NCBI GenBank assembly: GCA_937968015.1
Contig: CALBSO010000143.1
Location: 31,346-95,345, forward strand
DNA: 64,000 bases
Origin: an uncultured Thermomicrobia bacterium
GTDB taxonomy: Bacteria > Chloroflexota > Chloroflexia > Thermomicrobiales > JALYUS01
Direction: 5' to 3'
The notes below the pieces were generated by a model. It saw nothing but the letters and a program-made list of their open reading frames with translations, made no database searches and was not told where the DNA came from. Numbering within the stretch: position 1 is the stretch's first letter; every line of letters begins with the position of its first letter. The translations under genes were made by a program, and so were the position numbers. Shown here piece after piece: positions 10,201-19,320 of the stretch.

Positions 10201-10273
10201 CGGATTCACTTACGTCCATACCGCAGAAGCGGTCGCGATTGATCTCCCGACACGAGTGTAACACACACGGCAC
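7226..10273 (-). CDS. helY: Ski2-like DEAD/DEAH-box RNA helicase (HelY-like)
   Basis: 1015 aa. FSLDPFQEEAI, AAPTGTGKT (motif I), DEIHF (motif II), SATV and a long C-terminal helical region as in actinobacterial HelY. Start uncertain (GTG 10273 or ATG 10219). Confidence 0.85.
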   Translation of the reverse strand: MPCVLHSCREINRDRFCGMDVSESALTASPKQSDPPPHPDDAADPRADVPGDGQTDDTAPSPFHALYPFSLDPFQEEAIGLLGRGESVMVAAPTGTGKTVVAEYAVHSALGRRARVMYTTPIKALSNQKFRDLRARYGDAVGLLTGDVTVNPRAPILVMTTEVVRNMLIQAPWEMDTVDAIIFDEIHFLADPERGTTWEEAIILCPEHIQLVCLSATVSNAQEIAAWIGRTHRPIHLITHDERAVPLALYYYLDGALHLVIDRTGRQVADFPDIGGEYRRAYRGQSWEEDALDMPPERDEPTPTEIVLALQQQEMLPAIYFQFSRKECEVWAQHAAAAGVDFTANGNAAAIEATIEAHLRLLANEDQQLSQVAQIVRLARRGIGYHHAGLLPILKQLVETLFTGGLMGVVYATDTLALGVNMPARTCVIGRLTKWDGRRRRLLIPNEFQQMSGRAGRRGMDALGHVVTPYSARISFTEMLQIATGPLHPVRSGFSVRYNTVLNLWDPPAGERVRQLLSQSLLQYQTNRRVRDTEMDLMALEERIATVSKGCLLGYEGGDDLLNEFRALGRGVKLAETQERRAREDETRVLMMTDDRPWKEPTRHVLRQVFRTLPVGAMIHVREKGWGVYLGRPIDATHAAIGRFLFGLADMDAPPSIRIVSEYRQIDHLPSPNAAITLPESLVVLPENTENVAASLAPSEWNALRADVAALGLPDLDAWLSEFRAARRLVQREELEAAREATQTAHDAVLRLTEQQRAHVCEACPVRDEHRRNLAVLERLARERQIMADRAAQESQADDAQTRNVIRGIAAVLHQFGYLHRGYTTPKADLLADIFDTNALVVAELVDRGWLDDLSPEDVAEVFSWFAYDRDARFENTFELPRHLTLVRERLDVLTHGVLVAERRAGLTITTGYHPLFYGALRAWCRGAVMERIVEKVGLSEGDVVLAFNKSLDIMRQVRTMLQAVRPESPLVERLAAAEQRVRRGIVAQSYTIGIMPVSAVLAPDDAPLSLEGAV

Positions 10274-10278
10274 TGCGG

Positions 10279-12057
10279 TTAGTCGGCGGCAGGCTGACGC
10301 GTTGCCTCTGTCGCCACTTTTCGTGCGAGGGCGCGTTCCGCCAGGTCGCGTGCGCTCGCACGGGCAGCGGGGGTGATCGGGGCGCCATCCAGCATCGTGG
10401 CCAGTTCCTCGATGCGTGCCGACTCACTCAGCCGCTCGACGTCCGAGACCGTCCGGCCACGCACATCGCGCTTGAGGATGCGGAAATGACCGTCCGCAAA
10501 GGCGGCGACTTGCGCGAGGTGCGTGATGCAGAGCACCTGATGCGTGCGGGCAAGGGCCGAGAGCGTTTCGCCGACCACCTGCCCGCTACGGCCACCGATA
10601 CCGACATCCACTTCATCAAAGACCAACGTTGGCGTCGCATCTGCCGCCGCGAGGACGGACTTGAGCGCGAGCATCAGGCGCGCGGTTTCGCCGCCGGAGG
10701 CGATTCGGGCGAGTGGCTTCGGCGCTTCACCGGCATTGGGCGCGATCAGGAATTCGACACGATCCACGCCGCGTGTGTCGAAGGCGAGATAGCGCGCGTG
10801 ACCGTCATCGCCACCGACCGGGGCGCCCTCCGCGTCCTCTTCCTGCGACTGAAAAACGGTGAAGCGCGTGCGGCCCATCGCGAGGTGTGCGATTTCCGCC
10901 TCGACCGCTTTGGCGAGGCGCGTCGCAGCCTTTTGGCGGGCCTGCGAGAGTTTCCCGGCCCGCTCGCCGATCTGTCGCAAGACGTCCGATTCCTCGTCTC
11001 GCAACTGCGCGAGCCGTTCCTCGCTCCCTTCCAGCGTCTCCAGTTCGCGCGCTGCCTCGTCACCGAACGCGAGCACTTCCGCGACCGTGCCGCCGTACTT
11101 CCGTTCCAGGTCGCGGATCAACGCGAGCCGTTCCTCGACCTCCGCCAGCCGCGCCGGGTTGTCCTCCACGGTGTCCCGGTAGGTGCGGACGGTGGCGGCA
11201 ACGTCTTCGAGCAGGTAGACCATCTCGTCCACCTCGCTCTCCGCTTCCGCCAGCGCGGGGTCGAGTTTCGCCAGTTCGCCGAGATTCTTCGCGACATCGC
11301 GTAGCCCCTCGACCACGCTCGTGCCGCGCGGCGGCGTCCCCTCGCGGAGCGTGCGATAGACCGTGTCGGCGATCACTTGCAGGTGCGATGCATTCGACAG
11401 CCGCTGCCGCTCGACGCGGAGCGCATCGTCTTCTTCCAACCCAAGGTTCGCACTCGCGATCTCCTCGACCTGAAAACGGAGCAAATCCATCCGGCGCGCG
11501 AGTTCCCGGTCATCCCGCTCCAACGCGGATCGCGCGGCGCGAATCCATCGCACGCGGCTGACGAGCGCCGCGAGTTCCGCGCGACGCTCCATCAGCCCCG
11601 CGTACGCGTCGAGGAAATCGAGATGCGTGGCGGGGCGGAGGAGCGAGAGATGCGCGCTCTGGCCATGAATGTCCACCAATCGCTCGCCGACGCGACCGAG
11701 TAGACCGACCGTTACCGTCTGGCCGTTGATCCGGGCGACGGAACGGCCATTCGATTGGAGATCACGCGCGAGGATTAGCGTGCCGTCATCATGCTCGATG
11801 CCCGCCTCATCGAGGAGCGCGGCGAGCAGGGCATCGTCGCGGTCGCTGACATCAAAGACTGCCTCGATCCGTGCCCGCTCCTCGCCGGAGCGCAGCATGT
11901 CGGGCGATGTCCGCCCGCCGACGACTGCCCCAAGGGCGTCAATGATGATGGACTTGCCCGCACCCGTTTCGCCGGTGAGTGCGTTCAATGCCGGCTCGAA
12001 CGTCACCCGCAGCCGGTCAATGATCGCGATATTCTGAATGCTCAACTCAACCAGCAT
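10279..12057 (-). CDS. recN: DNA repair protein RecN
   Basis: MLVELSIQNIAIIDRLRVTF...LTGETGAGKSIIIDAL Walker A, a long coiled-coil middle, and a C-terminal IASGGETARLMLAL / LVFDEVDVGIGG signature. Confidence 0.92.
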   Translation of the reverse strand: MLVELSIQNIAIIDRLRVTFEPALNALTGETGAGKSIIIDALGAVVGGRTSPDMLRSGEERARIEAVFDVSDRDDALLAALLDEAGIEHDDGTLILARDLQSNGRSVARINGQTVTVGLLGRVGERLVDIHGQSAHLSLLRPATHLDFLDAYAGLMERRAELAALVSRVRWIRAARSALERDDRELARRMDLLRFQVEEIASANLGLEEDDALRVERQRLSNASHLQVIADTVYRTLREGTPPRGTSVVEGLRDVAKNLGELAKLDPALAEAESEVDEMVYLLEDVAATVRTYRDTVEDNPARLAEVEERLALIRDLERKYGGTVAEVLAFGDEAARELETLEGSEERLAQLRDEESDVLRQIGERAGKLSQARQKAATRLAKAVEAEIAHLAMGRTRFTVFQSQEEDAEGAPVGGDDGHARYLAFDTRGVDRVEFLIAPNAGEAPKPLARIASGGETARLMLALKSVLAAADATPTLVFDEVDVGIGGRSGQVVGETLSALARTHQVLCITHLAQVAAFADGHFRILKRDVRGRTVSDVERLSESARIEELATMLDGAPITPAARASARDLAERALARKVATEATRQPAAD

Positions 12058-13036
12058 CGCACATCATCCCGTATGGTCGAACATCGGTTCCGTCCGCTTC
12101 TTCGCGCGAAAGGAAGGCGGTCATGCAGTGGATACCGCCGCCGGCTTTGATCAGTTCGCGAACCTCGATCTCGATGCAGATGATACCCGCGTCTTCGTAG
12201 ATCGCGCGCTGGCGTGGCGCGCCCGTCGGCATCAGGATACGGTTTGGCGCGAGCGCGACGAAGTTGCCAGGTAAACAGTCGTGCGTCGCCGGTTCATCAA
12301 GCAGATGGAGAATGCGCACGCCGCGTTCCTGCAAGGCATGCACAACATTCATCGGCGTCCGGCGCGGCCAGACGACCGCCACATCGGGCGCGGCAAAGTT
12401 CAGTAGGCCGTCGAGGTGCATCGCGCCATATGGCAGGACGACGCGCTCCACCGTGACACCGATACTCCGCAGCGCCCAGGTTACTTGATCCGCGCCCACG
12501 CGATTCGTGCGCAGCCCTTCCGCGACAAAGCAGAAGTCGGGTGCGGCCCAGATCGCGTCCGCGCCCTCGAAGGTGCCGCTGCCGTGGACACTGATCAGGA
12601 TCGGCACGCCGAGGACGCCGAGCGTCTCGGCAAGGATGCGCTCTTCGCCCGCGCGGACGGTGCTGGCGGGGCGGGCGAGAATCGCCCCTTCGGGCGACAT
12701 CGTCATCAGGTCGCGGCAGAAGAGTTGATTCGGCTTGTCGGGTCGGTATCCCTCGACGTAATGAACGGCGATCCCCTCAGCCCGGTATGCGGCGGCCATC
12801 GCATCGTGCTGCGCGCGGGCGAGATCAGGTCGCAGATCGGCACGCATCTGTACGGCGTCGAAGTCGGTTATCTCATCCAGTTCCGGGCCGGGCCGATGGA
12901 GCAGCACCGCGCGCAAGCGGCCGCACTCCGAACCGGAGCCCCAGTCGCCCCAGATGTCGGCCATCTCCTCCCGGCGCGATCGCGTTCGTGGCGACCATTT
13001 CTCTCCCCCGTATGCGCCTGTGAGTGACACGTTCAC
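12047..13036 (-). CDS. Amidinotransferase / dimethylarginine dimethylaminohydrolase-family (guanidino-group-modifying) enzyme
   Basis: SECGRLRAVLLHRPG N-terminal block and a C-terminal GGGIHCMT catalytic-Cys motif. Start uncertain (GTG 13036, GTG 13030 with better SD spacing, or ATG 12964). Overlaps recN by 11 nt. Confidence 0.7.
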   Translation of the reverse strand: MNVSLTGAYGGEKWSPRTRSRREEMADIWGDWGSGSECGRLRAVLLHRPGPELDEITDFDAVQMRADLRPDLARAQHDAMAAAYRAEGIAVHYVEGYRPDKPNQLFCRDLMTMSPEGAILARPASTVRAGEERILAETLGVLGVPILISVHGSGTFEGADAIWAAPDFCFVAEGLRTNRVGADQVTWALRSIGVTVERVVLPYGAMHLDGLLNFAAPDVAVVWPRRTPMNVVHALQERGVRILHLLDEPATHDCLPGNFVALAPNRILMPTGAPRQRAIYEDAGIICIEIEVRELIKAGGGIHCMTAFLSREEADGTDVRPYGMMCDAG

Positions 13037-13051
13037 TGCTCCTCGTGATCG

Positions 13052-13786
13052 TTACGCCCGCCCATAGACCGGGATCGCCGCGCCGCTGATGATGCCGCTC
13101 TCCTCCGAGGCGAGAAAGCGGATGACCGCCCCAATCTGCTCCGGCCGCACCCATACGTCGAAATCACTGGCCGGCATCGCGGCGCGGTTGGCCGGTGTGT
13201 CAATGACGCTCGGCAGAATCGCGTTCGCCGTGATGCCGTGATCGCGCAATTCGTTCGCCAGCACCTCGGTCAGCGTGAGCACCGCCGCCTTCGAGGCCGC
13301 GTACGCGCTCAGACCGGCGGGTGACGTGCGCGCGACGCGCGACGCGACGTTAATGATACGCCCCCAGCCGCGCGATTGCATGGCAGGGATCGCCGCGCGG
13401 GACATGAGAAACGCGGTCGTCGCGTTCAGTTCGTACTGCTCGCGCCATGTCGCCAGGTCGGTCTCCGCCACGGACGGCCCGCCTGCGTAGCCACCAACGA
13501 TATTGATGAGGATATCCAGCGAACCATTGGCTTCAGTCGCATGCCGCACGACGCTTCCCGCATCTTCTTCGGTCGCGATGTTTGCCTCGATGGTCGCGAA
13601 GCGCGCGCGGAGATTATCGGGGAGAGACGCGCCGAGGTCGCGCATGCCGGCGCCCCGCTTGTCTGTCGTGACGACTGTCGCACCGGCGTCGAGGAGAACG
13701 CGAATCGTCGCCCGGCCAAGCGCGCCCGCTCCGCCCGTGACGATGGCGACGCGGCCCGTCAGATCGGCGAATGGCATGGCAGGCAT
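13052..13786 (-). CDS. SDR family oxidoreductase
   Basis: VAIVTGGAGALGRA Rossmann motif, NVAS...YAASKAA catalytic Y-x3-K motif, 244 aa. Confidence 0.85.
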   Translation of the reverse strand: MPAMPFADLTGRVAIVTGGAGALGRATIRVLLDAGATVVTTDKRGAGMRDLGASLPDNLRARFATIEANIATEEDAGSVVRHATEANGSLDILINIVGGYAGGPSVAETDLATWREQYELNATTAFLMSRAAIPAMQSRGWGRIINVASRVARTSPAGLSAYAASKAAVLTLTEVLANELRDHGITANAILPSVIDTPANRAAMPASDFDVWVRPEQIGAVIRFLASEESGIISGAAIPVYGRA

Positions 13787-13791
13787 CTCCC

Positions 13792-15150
13792 TTACGTCAC
13801 TTCCAGTGGCACATCGGTGCGGAGGAGATCATCATACGTCTCGCGGCGACGTATCAGTTGGTGCGTGCCGTCCTCGCGGACGAGCGCAATCGCCGGTCGC
13901 GGCACGCCATTGTACTGGCTGGACATCGGGATGCTATACGCGCCCGCGGTCGGGAAGGCGAGCAGATCGCCCGCTTCGAGATCGGCGGGCAAGGCAACAT
14001 CGCGGGCGAGGATGTCGCCACTCTCGCAATACCGCCCGACGACCGTGCTGATGACCGGGTCGCCCGTTGGCGCGCGGTTCGCGAGCAGAACCGTGTACCG
14101 TGCGCCGTAGAGCGCGGGGCGAATGTTGTCCGCCATTCCGCCATCCACGGCAACGAAGCGTCGGACCCCAGCGATCTCCTTGATGTTGTTGATGCGGTAA
14201 AGTGCAATCGCCGCCGGGCCGATGAGCGCCTTGCCCGGCTCGATGGTGATGTCGGGTAGCGGGAAATCGGCGCGCACGCACTCGGCAACGAGTGTGCCGA
14301 TGATCGCCTCGGCGGCGGGATCGGCCTCGAGCGCGTCATCGTCCGGCAGATAGGGGACGGCGAAGCCGCCACCGGGGCTGCACTCTCGCATCGTCCAGCC
14401 GTGTCGCGCGCGCATCTCGGTCGCGAAGCGGACGAACCTGCGGGCCGTCTCCTGGTATGGCTCCGTCTCCGCGATGGAGGAGCCAATGTGCGCGTGCAGA
14501 CCGATGAGGTCGAGATGCTCTGCCGCAAGCGCGGCTTCTACGGCGTGCGCCGCGTCGCCCGTCTCGATGGCGAGGCCGAACTTTGAGTCGAGATGGCCGG
14601 TCGCCATCGCCGCGTGCGTGCGGACGGCGACGCCGGGATTGACGCGCAGCCAGATCGCCGCGCGGGTGCCGAGCGATCCGGCGATTCGGTCGAGCGCGGC
14701 CAGTTCGGTTCGGTTGTCCACGACGATCCGGCCAACGCCGCGTTCGAGCGCCATCCGCAGTTCGTCCGCACTCTTCGCGTTGCCGTGCAGATGGATCATC
14801 GCCGCGGGCATGCCACCGTGGAGGGCAATGTGCAGTTCACCGCCGGAGTTGACATCGAGGCCAACCCGTTCCTCTGCCAATATCTGGACGAGTGCGGTAC
14901 AGAGAAACGCCTTCGAGGCATAGGAAAGCGTGAAGGTCGCGGGCGCGGGCAGGCGCTCGCTGAAGGCGCGCCGGAACCGCCACATGGTCGCGCGCAAGTG
15001 TTCGTCGTCGAAGAGATAGAGCGGCGTGCCGTAGCGGAGGGCGAAGGTCGTCAGCGGGACAGTGCCGAGCGTGAGCAGGCCCGCACGGCTGCGACGTGCG
15101 CTCCGGGGGAGGACGCGTAGTTCGTCGGAGACGGTCGGGGTCGCGTTCAT
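13792..15150 (-). CDS. lysA: Diaminopimelate decarboxylase-type PLP enzyme (Orn/DAP/Arg decarboxylase family 2)
   Basis: YASKAF (PLP lysine), GLHAHIGSS, SPGGGF and YCESGD motifs in LysA order. Confidence 0.8.
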   Translation of the reverse strand: MNATPTVSDELRVLPRSARRSRAGLLTLGTVPLTTFALRYGTPLYLFDDEHLRATMWRFRRAFSERLPAPATFTLSYASKAFLCTALVQILAEERVGLDVNSGGELHIALHGGMPAAMIHLHGNAKSADELRMALERGVGRIVVDNRTELAALDRIAGSLGTRAAIWLRVNPGVAVRTHAAMATGHLDSKFGLAIETGDAAHAVEAALAAEHLDLIGLHAHIGSSIAETEPYQETARRFVRFATEMRARHGWTMRECSPGGGFAVPYLPDDDALEADPAAEAIIGTLVAECVRADFPLPDITIEPGKALIGPAAIALYRINNIKEIAGVRRFVAVDGGMADNIRPALYGARYTVLLANRAPTGDPVISTVVGRYCESGDILARDVALPADLEAGDLLAFPTAGAYSIPMSSQYNGVPRPAIALVREDGTHQLIRRRETYDDLLRTDVPLEVT

Positions 15151-15254
15151 GCATCACCTTTCCATGCAAACGACTCAGGTCGGTAATGGTACGGCAAGAT
15201 GGTGGAATTCGCCACCTCGCCGTACGTAAACTTGACATAATGCACGGCAATGGC

Positions 15255-15283
15255 TTGACACGGGTTGTGTCAAGTGGTATGGT
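15255..15283 (+). promoter_or_regulatory. sigma70 promoter for the hrcA operon (TTGACA-17nt-TATGGT, TGn extended -10)
   Basis: TTGACA at 15255-15260, a 17-nt spacer ending in TGg, then TATGGT at 15278-15283. Lies immediately upstream of the CIRCE element. Confidence 0.5.
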
Positions 15284-15290
15284 CTCGCTA

Positions 15291-15317
15291 TTAGCAGTCG
15301 TGAGGCGAGAGTGCTAA
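15291..15317 (+). promoter_or_regulatory. CIRCE operator (HrcA binding site)
   Basis: TTAGCAGTC-gtgaggcga-GAGTGCTAA against the consensus TTAGCACTC-N9-GAGTGCTAA (one mismatch). Positioned between the promoter and the hrcA SD. Confidence 0.85.
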
Positions 15318-15329
15318 TAAGGAGTGGCG

Positions 15330-16412
15330 ATGGTTGATGCACGGTTGAGCGCGCGGCAGGAGCGGATCCTCCGCCTCCTCGTGCGCGAATATACGGATAC
15401 GATGCGCGCGATCGGTTCGAAGACCGTCGTTGAGCGGGGCGGGCTTGATATTTCGAGCGCAACCGTCCGCAATGATATGGCGATGCTCGAACGGCTGGGC
15501 TTTATTCAGCAGGCGCACACATCCGGCGGCCGCACGCCGACCGACGCAGGCTATCGCTATTACGTCGAGCGGTTAATGGATCAACCCAGCCTCTCCACGA
15601 ACGAGCAGATGCTGATCCGGCACCAGTTTCATCAGGTCGAGGTGCATCTCGATGAGTGGGTGAAACTCGCCGCGTCCGTTTTGGCGCGAGTGGCGGGCAA
15701 TGTCTCGGTCGTCACGACGCCCCGCGCGCGGCTACCGAAGGTGAAAAATGTCGAACTGATCGCCGTGCAGGAGAAGACGGCCCTGCTCGTCCTTGTGACG
15801 CGTGAGGGCGCGGTGCGGCAGGCGATGGTGACACTGCCTGCTGCCTTCGATCAGCCGACACTGCGTTCGGTTGCCGATCGCGTGAGCGTGCAACTGGCAC
15901 AACTTGGCCGGAGCGAGATCGCGCTGGCGGCCGAGCATATGACCGGCATTGATCGCGTCGTCGCTGATGAGTCCGTGCGCATGTTGCGGAACCTCGAAGA
16001 GGCGATGAGCGCCGAGGTCGTCCATGATGGCCTCGGCAATGTCTTGCAGCAACCGGAGTTCGACGGGCATGAGCGGGCCGGGCGGTTGATTGAATTGCTC
16101 CGCGGTGGGGCGCTCCTAACGGCGCTCCTGCCCCAGTTGCTTGTCGCGACCGAGGATGCCGGGCGCGTGAATCGCGTGCAGGTAATCATCGGCGCGGAGA
16201 ATCAGTGGGATGCATTGCAGGATTTTGGCATCGTGCTGGCGACCTATGGCATCCCATCGGAAGTGACCGGCATGGTCGCGGTGCTCGGCCCGACGCGGAT
16301 GTATTACGAGCGGACGATCTCGTCTGTCCGCTATGTCTCGCAGGTGTTGAGCGATTTACTCACGGAGTTGTACACGACGCGTGACCCGCATCTTGGCATT
16401 GGGAACGATTGA
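15330..16412 (+). CDS. hrcA: Heat-inducible transcription repressor HrcA
   Basis: LSARQERILRLLVREYTDT...SSATVRNDMAMLERLGFIQQAHTSGGRTPTDAGYRYYV winged-helix N-terminus. AAGGAG lies 5 nt before ATG 15330; the ORF-track start 15324 is a GTG two codons upstream. Confidence 0.9.
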   Translation: MVDARLSARQERILRLLVREYTDTMRAIGSKTVVERGGLDISSATVRNDMAMLERLGFIQQAHTSGGRTPTDAGYRYYVERLMDQPSLSTNEQMLIRHQFHQVEVHLDEWVKLAASVLARVAGNVSVVTTPRARLPKVKNVELIAVQEKTALLVLVTREGAVRQAMVTLPAAFDQPTLRSVADRVSVQLAQLGRSEIALAAEHMTGIDRVVADESVRMLRNLEEAMSAEVVHDGLGNVLQQPEFDGHERAGRLIELLRGGALLTALLPQLLVATEDAGRVNRVQVIIGAENQWDALQDFGIVLATYGIPSEVTGMVAVLGPTRMYYERTISSVRYVSQVLSDLLTELYTTRDPHLGIGND

Positions 16413-16430
16413 GGCGAGTAAGGACAAATT

Positions 16431-16479
16431 GGTGGCGGGCTTTGCCTGCCACAGCGACGGGCAGGCAAAGCCCGCCACC
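16431..16479 (+). other. 20-bp perfect GC-rich stem-loop between hrcA and grpE
   Basis: GGTGGCGGGCTTTGCCTGCC (16431-16450), a 9-nt loop, then GGCAGGCAAAGCCCGCCACC (16460-16479). No U-tract follows; the grpE SD starts about 10 nt later. Confidence 0.7.
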
Positions 16480-16501
16480 ACCAGAAAGAGGATGGCAGTA
16501 G

Positions 16502-17077
16502 ATGAGCGAAGAACAGACCGTGGATCAGGAGGCGACCGCACCGAACGACACGCCGCCCGAAGCAGCGACCACCGCGACAGCGGTTGCCTCGGACGACCCC
16601 GAGGCCCAGTTGGAAGCCGAGCGCGCCCGCAGCGCCGAACTGCTCGACAGTTGGCAGCGCGCCCGCGCGGAGTTCCTCAACTACAAGCGGCGCGTCGAGC
16701 AGGAGAAGCAGCGGGACGCGCAGATGGCGGGGTTAATCGTCATCGCGAAGGTGCTGCCGGTGCTTGATGACTTTGATCTCGCACTGGCGAATGTACCGAA
16801 GGGTGCGGATGCCGAGGCGTGGCTGAATGGCGTCGCGCTCGTCGCGCACAAACTGCGTGCGGTGTTGGAGAGCGAGGGCGTCCAGCCAATTGCGGCGGCC
16901 GGCCAGAAGTTCGACCCGGCCCTGCACGAAGCGGTACTGGTGGACGGCGACGGCGGCGATGTTGTCGTCGCCGAATTGCGCCGTGGCTACACGCTGCACG
17001 GCAATGTCATTCGCCCTGCTTTGGTGAAAGTCGGCAGTCGCCAGTCGGCAGTTGGCAATACGCCGAAGACGGATTGA
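16502..17077 (+). CDS. grpE: Nucleotide exchange factor GrpE
   Basis: Acidic N-terminus, coiled-coil RARAEFLNYKRRVEQE, and a C-terminal PALHEAV...GYTLHGNVIRPALVKV beta-domain. Confidence 0.9.
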   Translation: MSEEQTVDQEATAPNDTPPEAATTATAVASDDPEAQLEAERARSAELLDSWQRARAEFLNYKRRVEQEKQRDAQMAGLIVIAKVLPVLDDFDLALANVPKGADAEAWLNGVALVAHKLRAVLESEGVQPIAAAGQKFDPALHEAVLVDGDGGDVVVAELRRGYTLHGNVIRPALVKVGSRQSAVGNTPKTD

Positions 17078-17155
17078 TCGCCGCGCGCTTTTTCCACTGA
17101 CGACTGCCGACCGCCGACTGGCGACGAGTGACTAGTGACTGAAAGGAACGAAGGA

Positions 17156-19024
17156 ATGGCACGAACGATTGGCATTGACCTTGGGACGACGAACTCGGTG
17201 ATGGCGGTGATGGAGGGCGGCGAGCCGACCGTCATCCCGAATGCCGAGGGGAGCAGGCTGACGCCGTCCGTCGTGGCGATGACCCCGGCGGGCGAGCGGC
17301 TCGTCGGGCAGTTCGCGAAGCGGCAAGCGGTGATGAACCCGGAGAACACCATCAATTCCGTGAAGCGGTTCATCGGGCGCAAGTTCAATGATCCCTCGGT
17401 GGCGCGGGACGCGAAACTCGTCCCGTATAAGATTTCCGCCGCCGGCAATGGCGATGTACAGGTCCATATGGGCGACAAGACCTACTCGCCGCAGGAAATC
17501 TCCGCGATGATCCTGCAGAAACTGAAGACCGACGCCGAAGCGTACCTCGGCGACAAGGTGGACAAAGCGGTGATCACCGTCCCCGCCTACTTCAACGATG
17601 CGCAACGGCAGGCGACGAAGGACGCCGGTCGGATCGCGGGTTTGGAAGTCTTGCGGATCATCAACGAGCCGACCGCCTCGTCACTCGCCTATGGCCTCGA
17701 CAAGAAGAAGGAGGAGGAGATCGCTGTCTACGACCTCGGCGGCGGCACGTATGACATCTCCGTCCTCGACATCTCGGAGGGTGTCTTCGAGGTCAAGGCG
17801 ACGAATGGCGACACGCACCTCGGCGGCGACGACTTCGATCAGGAGATCATCAACTGGCTTGCGGATGAGTTCAAGCGCGAGAACGGCATTGACCTTCGCA
17901 ACGACCGGCAGGCTCTCCAGCGGCTGAAAGAGGCGGCGGAGAAGGGGAAGATCGAACTCTCCTCGACCCAGCAAACCGATGTGTCCCTGCCGTTCATCAC
18001 GGCGGACGCGACCGGCCCGAAGCACCTCAACGTCACATTCACGCGCTCGAAGTTGGAGCAACTGGTCGGCAAACTGGTGGACGCGACGATCCAGCCAATG
18101 GAAGCGGCCCTCAAAGATGCCGAGTTACAACCGGGCAAGGTGGACGAGATACTGCTCGTCGGTGGCCAGACGCGCATGCCGCTCGTGCAGGAGCGGGTTG
18201 GCAAGTTCTTCGGCAAGGAGCCGAACCGGACGATCAACCCGGACGAAGTGGTCGCACTCGGTGCGGCGATTCAGGCGGGCGTGCTCGGCGGCGAGGTCAA
18301 GGATGTCCTCCTCCTGGATGTGACGCCACTGACCCTCGGTATCGAGACGCTCGGTGGGGTCTCCACGCCGCTGATCGAGCGGAACACGACGATCCCGACG
18401 CGCAAGAGCCAGATCTTCAGCACCGCCTCGGACAACCAGCCGCAGGTGGAGATCCATGTCTTGCAAGGCGAGCGGGCGATGGCCGGGGAGAACAAGACGC
18501 TGGCGAAATTCATCCTCGACGGCATCCCACCCGCACCGCGCGGCGTGCCGCAGATCGAAGTGACCTTCGACATTGACGCGAACGGCATTGTCAACGTCTC
18601 GGCGAAGGACACGGCCTCCGGCAAGCAGCAGAGCGTGACGATCACCGCATCCAGCGGGCTGACCGAAGCGGAAATCCAGCGGATGGTCAATGAAGCGCAG
18701 GCGCACGCTGAAGACGACCGGAAGCGGCGCGAGCAGATCGAAACGCGCAACCATCTCGAATCGAGCGTCTACGCCGCCGAGAAGAGCCTCAAGGAGTTTG
18801 GCGATAAGGTGGATGGCGCGGTCAAGACGGAAGTCGAGGACAAGATTCGCGCCGCGAATGATGCGCTGACCGGCGACGACGCGACGAAGATGACGACCGC
18901 GCAGAGCGAACTCGACACGGCCCTCGCCAAGATTGGGCAGGCGATGTACGGCCAGCCCGGCGCTGCCGAAGAGTACAAGCCCGACGACACGATTGAAGGC
19001 GAATATCGCGAAGCCGGTGCGTAA
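17156..19024 (+). CDS. dnaK: Molecular chaperone DnaK (Hsp70)
   Basis: [35 protein letters not shown] and the rest of the Hsp70 signatures. The ORF-track start 17135 adds 7 residues that look non-native. Confidence 0.95.
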   Translation: MARTIGIDLGTTNSVMAVMEGGEPTVIPNAEGSRLTPSVVAMTPAGERLVGQFAKRQAVMNPENTINSVKRFIGRKFNDPSVARDAKLVPYKISAAGNGDVQVHMGDKTYSPQEISAMILQKLKTDAEAYLGDKVDKAVITVPAYFNDAQRQATKDAGRIAGLEVLRIINEPTASSLAYGLDKKKEEEIAVYDLGGGTYDISVLDISEGVFEVKATNGDTHLGGDDFDQEIINWLADEFKRENGIDLRNDRQALQRLKEAAEKGKIELSSTQQTDVSLPFITADATGPKHLNVTFTRSKLEQLVGKLVDATIQPMEAALKDAELQPGKVDEILLVGGQTRMPLVQERVGKFFGKEPNRTINPDEVVALGAAIQAGVLGGEVKDVLLLDVTPLTLGIETLGGVSTPLIERNTTIPTRKSQIFSTASDNQPQVEIHVLQGERAMAGENKTLAKFILDGIPPAPRGVPQIEVTFDIDANGIVNVSAKDTASGKQQSVTITASSGLTEAEIQRMVNEAQAHAEDDRKRREQIETRNHLESSVYAAEKSLKEFGDKVDGAVKTEVEDKIRAANDALTGDDATKMTTAQSELDTALAKIGQAMYGQPGAAEEYKPDDTIEGEYREAGA

Positions 19025-19056
19025 TCGTCGTTCACGAGAGAAGGCGTGGTTTGTAT

Positions 19057-19084
19057 GGAGGGGCGATTCGTGAATCGCCCCTCC
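19057..19084 (+). terminator. GC-rich hairpin downstream of dnaK (possible terminator, no U-tract)
   Basis: GGAGGGGCGATTC / GAATCGCCCCTCC inverted repeat 33 nt after the dnaK stop, followed by CTCCCTCG rather than a T-run. Confidence 0.35.
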
Positions 19085-19156
19085 CTCCCTCGTGATCCAC
19101 CTTCATCGCGCCGGTCGAGGCAGAATCGTGCGGGAACGTGCCGCCGGGTGACCACC

Positions 19157-19185
19157 CTGACCACCCAGCGCACCGATGGTATACT
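19157..19185 (+). promoter_or_regulatory. Promoter candidate for tRNA-Arg(CCT) (CTGACC-17nt-TGgTATACT)
   Basis: TATACT at 19180-19185, preceded by TGg. The -10 element ends 12 nt before the tRNA 5-prime end. Confidence 0.4.
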
Positions 19186-19197
19186 CACCTATGGTGT

Positions 19198-19273
19198 GGC
19201 CCCGTAGGTCAAAGGATAGACCGGCAGCGTCCTAAGCTGCGCGTTGGGGGTTCGAGTCCCTCCGGGGTCACCA
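19198..19273 (+). tRNA. tRNA-Arg (anticodon CCT)
   Basis: Hand-folded cloverleaf: acceptor GGCCCCG/CGGGGTC, D arm GGTC..GACC, anticodon stem GCAGC/GCTGC with loop GTCCTAA, T arm GGGGG-TTCGAGT-CCCTC, encoded CCA. 76 nt. Confidence 0.9.
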
Positions 19274-19320
19274 TCCGCTCACACTTCATGCCGGGACCGT
19301 CGAGCGATTGGGGGCAAGTG

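Noticed and set aside
19138-19320. N-terminal extension of the HPF ORF.
   Set aside because: It runs straight through tRNA-Arg(CCT) and its promoter. HPF homology begins at MELHIKAH (ATG 19321).
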